A DNA stretch of 25,693 nt, taken from NCBI GenBank assembly GCA_003971905.1, contig RSEE01000035.1:620001-645693 (forward strand), written 5' to 3'. The number at the start of each line of letters is the position of its first letter. Within the stretch, counting starts at the first letter, position 1. The notes beneath the pieces are model-generated. The model saw only the letters and a program-made list of their open reading frames with translations. It had not been told where the DNA came from and ran no database searches. Shown piece after piece: positions 1 through 10,725 of the stretch. Source of the DNA: Moniliella sp. 'wahieum'. Its lineage: Eukaryota. Position numbers and translations under genes: made by a program.

Positions 1-2045
1 GCTGCACGAACTTCAGCAAGGGAGCATGCCCGTGGACGAGTATGCGCGCAAGTTCATGGACCTCCTATTTGATGTAGAGGCCTATCGCGACAGTCCCGAA
101 ATGGCGATGACCCTGTTCACGCGCGGTCTTTCCCCGGAATTGCGCCAAGCCTACTTTTATGTGACCGACTTTTCAATTCAAGTCCCTGGATGAACTAGTC
201 GAGTGGGCGGTTCGGGCAGAGTCATCGCAGGACGTCCTTCCCGCGACGGATGATCGCCCAGTAGATGTGCGCGAGGCTTCTCCTGCTGGCTCCATTTTGT
301 CACCGAGCTATGAAGCCGGCGTGACATCCGATGACGGATCCGACCCGCCAGACTTGGATGGAGCAGGACTCCTTGAACGCATTGACAGGCGTCATCTCCC
401 CATCAGCAATGAAGAATACGTACGCCGACGTGGATTCAATTTGTGCATGCGCTGCGGGAAATCTGGTCACTGGCGTAACGACTGTCCTCTGCGACTAGTC
501 GAGTGGGCGGATCGGGGAGAGTCATCGCAGCACGTCTTTCCCGCGATCAATAATCGCTCAGTAGATGTGCGTGAGGCTTCTCCTGGCTCCGTTTTGTCAC
601 CGAGCTATGAAGCCTGCGTATCTTCCGATGACGGGTCCGACCCGACAGACCAAGACGGAGCAGGACGCCGTCGTCGCATTAGCAGGCGTTATGGCCCCAT
701 CAGCAATGAAGAGTACGCCCGCCGACGTGGATTCAATTTGTGCATGCGCTGCGGGGAATCTGGTCACTGGCGTGACACCTGTCCTCTGCACCAACAAAGT
801 GGTTTGCGGCGTGGGCGGCGAAACAGTGGGTTTCCGTCTTGAAGAAGGTCGGGCCAGTGGAGCAGCCAGGGCTACTCATCCTAGGGCGGATCGGGTCAGG
901 CGCGCCATTAAGGGCATGCGCCCCAAAAGGCGTCTAATTATCGGGGTAAGCACCGCACTGTGGATGCGTATCGGGTCCACCTACTTCGTCCTGATGGTCG
1001 ATACGTTTGTCAAATCGCCCAGAGTCACCACCCCCACCGCCCCTGTGGCCTAATGCACCCATTGCACGTTTCTTCTTGTCCCTGGTCCAGTTTCAGTATG
1101 GATCACTTCGTGCCCCTACCGGAAAGAGGGATTGGAACTTGGGTGGGGCGAGGTGCTCGACATGATGTGGATGATGGTCGACCGGCAGTCCAAGATGTGT
1201 TTATCCCGTGCAGCCCGAGGGATACTGCGACTCCCTTGTTTGAGCCGCTGACGCAGAAAGTCTTCTATGTGTTGGACCTGCTTACCGAGCGACCGAGGAC
1301 CTCTGTTCACCTTCGTCCAGATGAGTGGCTTCTGTGACTGGCATTTCATCTGTCAACGTTTGACCACTACCCAGCATCCCTATGCCGGACGGGCAGTCTG
1401 TGCGGTTTGTCGATTTGATCAAGATCTATATCTGCACCATTTCACCAATTGCACGCAGTCCGATTAGCCACTTCTTCCATGCGGCTTCCTTTGCTCTCAC
1501 CACCTCCAGTTCCACTTTCAGTATCCATGTTCGACATCATATATGGATCCCAGTTCTTCAAACCGGGAGACCGCATGGAGACTGCACTTACGCCAGAGAA
1601 GGAGCATCACTTGGTCCGAATCAAGGCGACCAGCTCGGCCATGGAGTCTTTGGAGCAGATCCGCCTGGAGCGTTACACGAATCGTATGCTTGGCAATGTT
1701 CTCCTCTTGGATGAGGGAGATTAGGTAGTGGTCGACAAGGGGAGGGCACCTTTCACTCGGGCAAAAGTGACTCTTTGGGGATTGAAGTGCTTGGGCCCTT
1801 TCAAGGTTAAGTTGAAGGTGCATGAGGTGTCTTTTCTCATTGATCTTCCTCCCTGCATTCGAATCCATCCCATATAAGTGTCTCTGCCTTCGAATAGTAC
1901 CGTTTCAACGCGGTTCTCGACGCGGTTCCGTTTGAGTGGTGAGCCAGTACCTCCTCCGTCCACGGTTGAGCGAGGAGAGTAGTCCTGGCTGTTTTATCGG
2001 ATCTTTGACAGTCGCGTCCCCCATTATCAGCTCCAGTACTTGTCT
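1..2045 (+). mobile_element. Degenerate Ty3/gypsy (chromovirus-type) LTR retrotransposon internal region: gag, integrase and a truncated chromodomain; runs off the left edge of the window
   Basis: The frame from nt 2 reads LHELQQGSMPVDEYARKF...LFTRGLSPELR (Retrotrans_gag-like). A frameshift near 165-180 leads into the ORF ending at 842, which has two CX2CX4HX4C knuckles. Integrase remnants lie across shifted frames: CQIAQSHHPHRPCGLMHPLHVSSCPWSSFSMDHFVPLP (~1008-1120), FIPCSPRDTA, SDRGP (1288), HPYA/DGQS (~1375-1400), DIIYG, GPFKV...IDLPPCIRIHP (GPY/F motif, ~1794-1871) and RIFDSR...QYL (chromodomain start, ~1998-2042). Many stops and frameshifts. Confidence 0.9.
194..789 (+). repeat. In-frame ~300-bp tandem duplication within gag (units 194-493 and 494-789), each carrying one zinc knuckle
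   Basis: ACTAGTCGAGTGGGCGG begins at both 194 and 494, and both units end ...TGTCCTCTGC. Copy 2 lacks 3 nt (CCTGCTGGCTCC vs CCTGGCTCC). The knuckles are CMRCGKSGHWRNDC and CMRCGESGHWRDTC. Confidence 0.95.
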
Positions 2046-3499
2046 TCTTATTTGTTTGCTTCCCTGATTTGGATATTGAGGAATGATTGCTTCTCACCAC
2101 AACGACATGAGGGAGAATTAGGTGCCTGTGCGGGGATTAACTTGCTCACACAGAGCATACCCCCGGGACATCCCAACAAGCGCGAAAGCGGGCTTCGGAG
2201 GGTCCATGCCGCGTGCGAATCGCGGCTTGCCTTTTGCAGTTGGTGTGCCAATTCAACGCCAATTCCATCTCCCCAACAGTGAAATAGAAATGAGGAGACC
2301 ATCCAGCAAAGCGTGGTTCCCGTGTTGGCGCCTCTTGCGAAACAAGGGGAGCGGGATGCTCGATGCCTGCTCGTTTCCGGGATCTGCCATGGACACTGAG
2401 GCTCAGATCAGAGGCTCCGACCTGAGGTCAGGCCTGAGGGACTTTACTGACGCTGATCCATGATGCGCTGATGGCGCTGATGCGTCAGTGATTCTACGGC
2501 CGCCCCGCATTTTTCTCACCGATGCCTCTAATCAGCGCAATCAGCCTTTTTGAACATTGTTAAGCGCCGGTAATCGACGTCCAGCCCTCTTCAATTCATT
2601 CCGGCTTTTTTTCGGAGGAAGCTAGGAAGATCAATCATCTCGACCATCGAACGGTCGTCGAGCAAGTCATCCACGTCGAGCACCATGGAGGGCGCTGCTT
2701 CTGCCGATGAAATTGTCCAGGCTGTGGTGCGTGCCGTCCTGCCGCGCATGTGTGAATGGGGCTGACGGGAAGGTGCCTTTGCCCCCCCCCAGAACGACTT
2801 GGAGCAGCATGTCCGTTCGGCCCTGAGTGAGTTGGACCCGGGCTCACCGTTGTCTCAAGTGATGCCTGCTGTCGCCGCACGCGTGGTGACCTCGTCTCTA
2901 GTCAAGAACGGCCTGCTTCCGGTGCCGGCGGCGATGGATGCTCAGCTCGGGGTCTGCAGTGGGGGGTGGGATCCATCCACTGTCCGAGCCTACCCGCTCT
3001 TGGCTCTCGGCCGTTTCCAACCACAGGGCGATCTGGCCAAAGCGCATCTCGTCTCTGCGGCCACATGTTCCCTGCCCACCGACGTGCGATGGAGAGGAAC
3101 GCAATACCAGGCTTCGTCTTCTTCTGGGCGCTGCGCCCGTCCAAGACGCTATTTCCCATGGTGTCCACTCCATTCTTCAATTGCTGCGTCCAGCTGACTC
3201 AGACTTGCACACAGCGGTCTTAGTGCCTACACTCCCTGACCCTTCCTCGTCGTCCATTCCCCGGGATGGCTCGAAAACTGCAGCACAATCTCCCCCCCTC
3301 AATAATGATCTTACCCACCATCCAACTATGCCGCCCTGCCCCTCGGTTCAAACGCAGCACGCTCAACTTGATGATGAGAGAAGGGACAAGCAACATCTCT
3401 CTGCATGTGGACCAGGGTTAGATTCTCGCAGTAAGATGCAAGGCAAACGTCCTTCTGAAGGCAAGGCGCGAGAGGGAGCTTCGAAGCGCATGATGCTAC

Positions 3500-4082
3500 C
3501 TAAGAAACCACACGACGTAGTGCCCCCCCACTGCCTTCGAACCGTGCCGCAGGCATATTGGAAGGTAAGGTGCTCCTCAAGATTCTCCAGAGTCGTCGTG
3601 AGGAAAACTCCGCGGTGGACACGAGTACTTGGCACGCTGGACCGACTTTCCTAGCAGTGAAGACGAGTGGGTACCCGCGGCTGCGTTTCATCACCTCGTG
3701 CCTGCTGTCCTCGACTTTCACAGCAGTCATCCAGAAGCCCCATGTTCCAATCGTCGCCGTCAATTAATGCGCGTTGCCTCCTCCAAGGGCAAAGGAAGAG
3801 GGGATAAGGTCACGGGTGGACCGTAATCTCCATCTATCTTTTTTTTGGCCTTGCCTGCATTGTTCGCGCGTCCCTTCACATCTCAGCTTATTCAAGCAAA
3901 ATTCAGCCCTGTCTCATCTGCGTGTTGGCCACGGCCACCCCCCCCCCCACATATGGCGCTCTCTCTATCATGGAAACGCACGCTGCCACATGCCTGTGAA
4001 GACGAAACAACTTGGACGAAACTACTGCCATCGCGATGCGCTTTGCTTCTCGAGCGACGAGGGCAACGTGAGAGGGGTTACA
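3500..4082 (+). mobile_element. 3' end of a second chromovirus: integrase chromodomain, polypurine tract and probable start of the 3' LTR
   Basis: KILQSRR (3579), then after a frameshift EYLARWTDFPSSEDEWVPAAAF...VLDFHSSHPEAP (3623-3743), which matches the chromodomain pattern ILDSR..EYLVxWxGxxxxxxxWxP. A purine tract AAAGGAAGAGGGGA (3791-3804) is followed by GGTCACGGG at 3808, like a TGTCAC LTR start. GTTACA ending at 4082 is a tentative LTR end. Confidence 0.75.
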
Positions 4083-4525
4083 CTGAGATAAACATGTTGA
4101 GCGCCGAATGGGCTCAAGAAGGCCCAACAATGGCCTGGGGCGGGGCTCATAGAAGGGTGCGCACGTAGGCGCAGGGGTAGCGTCCAAGATGAAGAGGATC
4201 CTGTGTTCGGGGGGGACCAGACGTAGAAGCAGATGCAAGATCAGCTCAGCAACTCGTGGGTGGCCGTTGAGAGTTGGTTGAGATCTGAGAAGATGGGGAT
4301 TTGGCCGTAGTCGATCCCCTGGATCATCGATCATTAATCATTGCTTATTGATCACACATCACGAATCACCTCTAACCCTATACCTGCGTTTTACAATCTG
4401 AAATCAAGTCACTCCCGGCGGACTCCAAGCACGCCGGTTTCAGATCTCCGATCCCTCAGCCAGACGGTGGACCAAGGCGCCTCGGAAGAACAGCGCCAGT
4501 CCTCCCTCGTCTTCTTCCCACCACC

Positions 4526-5519
4526 ATGGGCTACGACTTCATCTCCGGCGAGGCCGGCGCAGAAGCCTTGCTGAGCAGGTACGATACATTCTTGTTCGAC
4601 TGTGATGGCGTGCTATGGTCCGGCTCAGACCAGTTGGCTGGTGCTGCGGATGCCCTGGCCAAGCTGCGCAAGGCTGGCAAGCAGGTCGTTTTTGTGACCA
4701 ACAACGCGTCCGTCTCACGCGCCAAGTACATCCACAAGTTCGAAAAGATGGGAATCGAGGCCAAGGTTGAGGAGATTGTGTCTGCTTATGCAGCAGCGGT
4801 GTACGTGGCGCGGGTGCTGAAATTGCGCGAGTCGGCGCGGCCGAAGGTCTATGTCCTGGGCATGGCAGGCATCGAGGACGAGCTGGCGATCGAGGGTATT
4901 CCCTTTTGCGGCGGAACTGATCCTAAAGACAAGGCATTTCTTCCTGAAGAGGGAGATACCTGGGCCCCGCTTAATCACCCAGATGCCATTGACTCCGAGG
5001 TCGGGGCCGTACTGTGCGGAATCGACTTGAATCTGAATTACATCAAGCTGGCCAAGGCGTACAAACACATCATGCGCGAGGGAACCCATTTTATCTTGAC
5101 CAACGATGACTCTACCTTTCCTGCTCCAGGTGGACCATGGCCTGGCGCAGGCGCCATGTCGTCCCCGCTACTTTTCTCACCAAGAAGACGCCCACGATCA
5201 TTGGAAAGCCCCACCAGCCTATCCTCGATTCGATCCAAGCAGTGTGCGTTGCTGTTCCTTTCTTATACATAGTTGAGCAGACGTCTCTTCCGAGCACTTG
5301 AACTAACTTTCTGTGCGAACCAGGCATCCGTTCAATCCAAAGCGTACCCTCTTTATTGGCGACCGCCTCGACACGGATATTGCCTTTGGCGGTCACGCTG
5401 GCATCGACACCCTCATGGTTCTCACAGGCATTTCCAGCAAAGCCGAGGTGGACGCACCAGGGGCAGAGATAGTGCCGACGTACATGGCCAACTCGCTCGC
5501 ATCGGCGCTCCACGTGTAG
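4526..5519 (+). CDS. HAD-superfamily subfamily IIA phosphatase (Pho13/p-nitrophenylphosphatase/phosphoglycolate phosphatase-like); one intron and one frameshift in this sequence
   Basis: Motifs FLFDCDGVLW (DxD), FVTNNAS and TNDD, then after a 1-nt deletion at ~5177-5179 IIGKP, and in exon 2 FIGDRLDTDI and VLTG. Intron 5244-5323 (GTGCGT...AACTAAC...CAG) joins in frame as A-V-H-P. Stop TAG at 5517-5519. Confidence 0.93.
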
Positions 5520-6469
5520 TGCCGGTCCAAGTTATGTGTGGGCTCCGCCCCGCTTACGCCTGCCCTTTAATCGATGCAAGATGCTTCATGCATGGATCCA
5601 TGGGGTGGGAGGGGGAAAAGACGAAGCAGGTGTGTGAGCAAACCTTAAGCTGCCCCTTTTACGTATGCGGGGGGAACGTCGACCCGAACCGATCCTGACC
5701 CTGTGGGGTGCGCTGGCCTTGGGCTCATGCAGACGGGGGTTGAGGAGTCTGAGCGGCAGCAGCGGACGCTTTCTTTTGTTGTGAAAGCACCACCGCCTGC
5801 TGCCGCATATCCTGGATCGTGCCCTAGCAAGTTGTATAAACGGTCTGCATCTTCGGGTTGCTTCCCGTCGAGTTGTAGGAACAGTCGAGATTGGCCCTTG
5901 CGTAGCCGCTTTGCAAGCCATGCCACTGTAACCACCCCAGGCCCCACCGCGGGTGGACCATAAGGAAGAAGCTATCGCTTCTGTTCGCGATCTTGGGCGT
6001 TCATTGTGCCGCTCCTGGCACCAACCCGCTCCTGGTTTGCACCGTCCGTCCTGGCCGTAGTATTCGGCGTTGGCGTCCTGTATACTATCCAGGCGGAGCC
6101 GCACAAGGGTGGGTCATGGAGAGGGAGACCGGCATCCCCGACGCTTCATGTACTACCCACCAAACTATTGACTAAATCTGCATCACCTACGAGCTCCAGG
6201 TGTCACAACTGGAGCGGAGGACCGAGCATCGGGAAACAAGAACACAAGGAAGAAAGAAAAACAGCCTGCGAAATACATTCGTGTAGAGAGCATGCGAGCA
6301 GAACAGAACATGAACAAGCAAGAGCAGCGAGACGGGAAGAGCCTGGGGGTTAGCATGCAGTCGTACATGCGGGACTGGGAAATGCTTTTGGACATTGAAG
6401 CTGGCCACTGCCCCCATACATAGATCGACTACAATAGACAGGATGGGCAGCTGCCGCACAATGGCCATG

Positions 6470-8118
6470 CTAGCGTCCAAAGATGGGCACGAACGAGCCA
6501 CGCGGACCGGGGACGACGGGCAAGAGTTCGTAGCGGAACGCGGCCAGTTGGTTGAAAAAGTGCGATCGAAGAAAGGCGCGCAAACTGTGTAATAGGAATG
6601 TCAAGAGGTTAGTTCCAGGTCGTTGCGAAGCAAGGTCCGGCAAGGCCAACGTACACAGAGGCGCAACCAAGACTAGGAAGCTGTGGAGCATCAGGAAGGC
6701 CAGCCAGTGAGGAATCTTGGCGTTGATGTGGGGATAAGAGCGCTTGAACCAAGCTGCCACCACGCTATCCAAACCAAGAAGCAAAGTCAATACACCAATT
6801 CCCCACCACCTCTCGTTCCACAATCTGATCCACCAGGGAGTAAGGTACGTACGCTGCTGCCCCGTTGACAACGAAGAAGGAGAAATTCTCTAGCGTCGCG
6901 GTCCCAAAGGTAAAGTAAGTGATGTGTTCGTGAAAGATGCCAGAGACAGTAAAGGCCGCCATAGCTGCCAACGCCTTCTTGGTAAAACTCTTGCTACTAC
7001 TGCTAGGCGCATGAGGCTTTTCGGGAGCGGGCGACGACGTAGGCGACGCCGTGGGCGTCATTCGAAGTGCACTCATCTTTGCCGCCCCATTCCCATTCAC
7101 ACGAGGTTTGGACGCATCGTCAGGCTCTGTATCGGTCGTCAAGCTGGTGCGGGCCGCCTTGCTCGAATACTTCTTAGGGGCCCCGGCAGCTCCAGCAAAG
7201 ATGACGCGGTGAAGAATGACAGTAATGGCCTTGTTCCAGGTGGACCAGAAGCGTTGGATCGAAGTGGCCGAGGTAGGCGATTCAAACATAGGCGCCATCT
7301 CCACATTCAACAGGAAGCCAAGCGCGTTCAACATCCCATCGCCAAAGAAAGCCAAAACAAAGAGAATGTCAAAGCCAAGGAGGTACGAGTACAGGTGGAA
7401 CGCCCAGCGCGGCATGGCTTCAACATCGGCTTGGGTGGGCACAAAGTAGAGCAGGCAAAAAAAACAGTGCAGAACTGGACAAAGACCAGCGGATAGACCT
7501 GGAGGCACTGCCAGCGAGCATTCCGCGTAAATCCTTCGGCCTGCCTCCGCTCCTCCAACTCCGACTCTTCCACCGGGAAAGCCCAGAGATGTGCCAAAAG
7601 GCGTGGAAAGGACCATGAATACACCTCATCCACCTGGCGCAGAGCAAAGATGTCCCAGGCCAGCAGGGCGGAGCGGAAACCAAGCGCAGGCATCCAAAAA
7701 TCAAGCATCATCACCCCCGACTGTCCCGCCAAAGCAGGCCAGAAGAAGAGGGTGATCATTAGGGGGGTAGCGAGGACGATGCGAAGGGTACGTGATTGGT
7801 TGGCTTGCGGGCTATTGGCCGCGACACGGGGCACCAGGAGGTGGTAGGCAAAGTAGGCGTACAGGCCCGTGCAGAGAATGAAGGACAGGATACTGATAAG
7901 GACGCCACCAGCGCGTTCGAGTGGATAGGGGGGCATGCCATACTGGATGGGGCTCGGAGGAGAGCCGACTCCAAAAGGTGAGGAAGGAGTCCTTGGCCCA
8001 GGCATGCCCAGCGTAGCGCCCAAGCGGGGGTGGGCGAGGTAGTGCGTTGCCAGTCCTTCCCCCGGGACTGAGCGGCAGCGATTAGGCCGCTCCAGTAGGA
8101 GGCAATGCGGCCGGCCAT
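6470..8118 (-). CDS. Membrane-bound O-acyltransferase (MBOAT_2 / wax-synthase/TRI7-like family); two introns and about three single-base frameshifts
   Basis: Multiple hydrophobic helices, plus motifs PMFESP..ATSIQRFWSTWN...LHRVIF and AAFTVSGIFHE (catalytic His). Introns are 6852-6765 (GTACGT...ATTGAC...TAG) and 6654-6585 (GTACGT...AACTAAC...CAG). Frameshifts fall at the C5 run 8059-8063, the A8 run 7457-7464 and ~6571. The start at 8118 is tentative; an ATG near 8005 is an alternative. Confidence 0.85.
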
Positions 8119-8903
8119 GGCGGTAGCGATGGCAATAGAAGAAGAGGCAGAGAAGGCGGTGGGGGGTGGGGAGTGGAAGAGGAGGGATGGGGGTTAGAGG
8201 TCGCGCCAAGAAATAGAGAATGCCGGCCCGGCTTTGGTTGCAGCTGCTCAGGCCTCAGGAGGAAACAGGGGCGGGGTAGTGCGGTGGGGTGGCGCCTCCC
8301 ACCGTGTGGGCCAGCAGCAATAATCGATCAGTATCGATTATCGAGCATTGCATCGCCATGTCACTGAGTTTCAGCCTGTTTTCAGCGGCTTCGCCCAGCG
8401 GCCCCGCAGAGCTCCGCGGCGTCAGGTTGCGCTCAGTGCGCTCAACCTCAACGTCCAGACGTAACGACAGGATATACGCTTTTGCGCTGAACGTCCGCAT
8501 CCCACCAGTGCCTCAGCCGCTCAGCCGCGCAGCGCTCAGCGTTGGAAGCGTTCGGAGAGATGCGTGACGCGGACGCTTGACACGTGACATGTGTGGCCGC
8601 AGCGGACCGCAGGGGACGTGTGTTGAGACCTTCACTCGGGCGTGTTACCATGTTTTTACGCGTTGCGCTTTCCGCGTCACTTGCGTCACCGATCCCCTGA
8701 TCGCGTGACCGTGTGGCCGGCTACTGGGCGGCAAGGAAGGGTTGATGCGTTGATATTTGATCAAGATTGGGTACTGGTCTGAAAGACCTGAATAGAGCCA
8801 GCTTGAATCTCCTGAAAGGTGGAGTTTTTCCCGTGCAAGAACGCTGCCATACGTAGACGTGTAGTACATATAGACGCGTACCCCACAGACATACATAGCC
8901 GGC

Positions 8904-8945
8904 ATAACCCGTAACGCGTAACGCGTAACCGCGTAACCGGTAACC
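8904..8945. repeat. Short tandem repeat of a (C)GCGTAAC-like unit, about 6 degenerate copies
   Basis: ATAACCCGTAACGCGTAACGCGTAACCGCGTAACCGGTAACC, read directly. Confidence 0.85.
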
Positions 8946-9710
8946 TAGCGACCAAGAACACGGACCGTACCCATCCTGTACACGGAGGCCGAAGCCAACA
9001 AACGACACCATGACATACCGTCCTGCCTGCCTTCCGCTTCCCGGAGACCGGTGACCGGTGACCCGTGGGCGACCCATGCCGGTTGCGGCTCTTTCCGACT
9101 TACCCCGCCTTGCTCCGGGAAGCCACAATGACGTGAGCATCACGCGTCACGCCGTCAGTCCGGTGAGCCACTAGTCACTGGTCATGCACATGGTGGTGAT
9201 GCCGGTGATGCACTGGTGGTGCATGTGGGCGGGGAGATCTTAGAGATCCCGGGCTATCCGCTCGCGGGGTGCAAGCTATGTTCAAACGGGGAAACATATT
9301 ATGCCACGGGCGAACCCACTACAGCGCCTCCTCCGGCTTCCAGCTTCAAGCGTCAAAGTGGACCTTCAGCATCCCCTTGTCAGGGGCCAGGAAAGGCAAG
9401 CGGCAAGCGACAACGGCAATACAAACGACAAGCTGCAAGATTGCATGGAGCGATCCGCCTGTTGCTTTGTGTGCCCCGCCACTGTCTCGCCACTGCCCCG
9501 CCACCGCCACTGCCCTGCCCATTTGCACTTCTGAGACACTCAAACTCAAACTTGGAAGCTTTCACTTTCACTTAGTGGCTCATGGACACAGGCACAACAC
9601 GCTATAATAGCTTCCGTTCAACATGTGATTCTGTAGCCGAACGCCACCTACCGCCACCCCCCGTCTCCTCTTCTCCCCCCCACATGTCCCACTCGCGCTC
9701 AACGGTCATG

Positions 9711-9788
9711 CACTCAGTGAGTACTCAGTACTCAGTTGAGTACTCAGTCTGAGTACTCACGTATTCATGTCACATGTCACAGTACTCA
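9711..9788. repeat. Cluster of the perfect 10-bp palindrome TGAGTACTCA
   Basis: Full copies at 9718-9727, 9737-9746 and 9750-9759; partial AGTACTCA at 9727-9734 and 9781-9788. Confidence 0.9.
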
Positions 9789-10625
9789 TCAGATAGCAGC
9801 CGTACTCTTCAAATCGCCCTCGCTTGTGTTTTGGCCAAGGGTCTTGGTCTTTCCATCTCCGTACCCATCAGTGCATCCGCAGACGTGCATGTCCGCCTGG
9901 CCGACGTTCGCAGTCGTGACCGGGTGGCCCTGGTGGCCCAGACACATGGATGTGGTGCATGATGCATGATGAGATCGATGAGAGGGCGATGTACCCTGGT
10001 GGCGAAAACGATACTGAGAACGGTACATACCCATGTGTGTGTGTTGTGGTCCAGGGTATACCAGGCAGAGCCATGCGATGTTTCAACGTGTTACCTCGGT
10101 GCCGTTGACCGGTGAGTTCACCGCTCTCTTGAGCCATGAGCGCATGAGCGGCACGTTTTCTCTCCTCCGTTCCTGTGTGGGGTAGAAAGACTAGACAGCG
10201 GCTAAGCGGCTTAGCGCTAATATATAACAGGCCCTCGCAACGATATGTAGATGCGATATTGCATGCGGCTATAGTTCTCGGCAGAGGAAACTGTCTGCAT
10301 CATCTTGATCCACAACCCTTTTCACTTCTCCTTCTCGCATCTCCGCACCTCAGACCTCAGGCTGAGCGCTGAGGCCTCATCCACTGCAGCCCATAATCTT
10401 CCTCGTGGCAGTCCTTCCTGGGCAGTCCTTGGTCCGACAGCCAGGCTTCAGGGCCTCAGGCCCTTTTCAGGCCGGCCTCCATGGATCAGGCCATCGGGTG
10501 CATTACGCCCTCAGGGTTCATCCAGTCGCTTTCATTTTTTTACCTTCATGGATACTGACCTTACGCCTTACGTTTACCTCCGCTCATCAACACAACTCGA
10601 GACAATGTGCCGGGGTCACCGGTCA

Positions 10626-10725
10626 TATTCAACGTATTCAACGTACATTCAACGATGATCGATGAAGCTTGAAGCTAGCTTGAAGCTTGAAGTTCAAGCT
10701 TGAGCTGCTTCAAGCTTCAGCTTCA
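10626..10725. repeat. ATTCAACG x3 followed by an AAGCTT-rich imperfect inverted repeat (~28-bp arms, centred at ~10692)
   Basis: Left arm TGAAGCTTGAAGCTAGCTTGAAGCTTGAA (10663-10691); reverse complement of the right arm (10693-10719) is TGAAGCTTGAAGCAGCTCAAGCTTGAA. AAGCTT occurs at 10665, 10683, 10696 and 10712. Confidence 0.85.

Noticed and set aside
4119..4150. PGHCWAF on the minus strand, resembling a SUN-domain motif
   Set aside because: An isolated 7-residue match with no other SUN features.
9711..10725. CRISPR-like appearance of the palindromic repeats
   Set aside because: Units are 7-10 nt with no regular unique spacers, no cas genes are present, and the context is eukaryotic.
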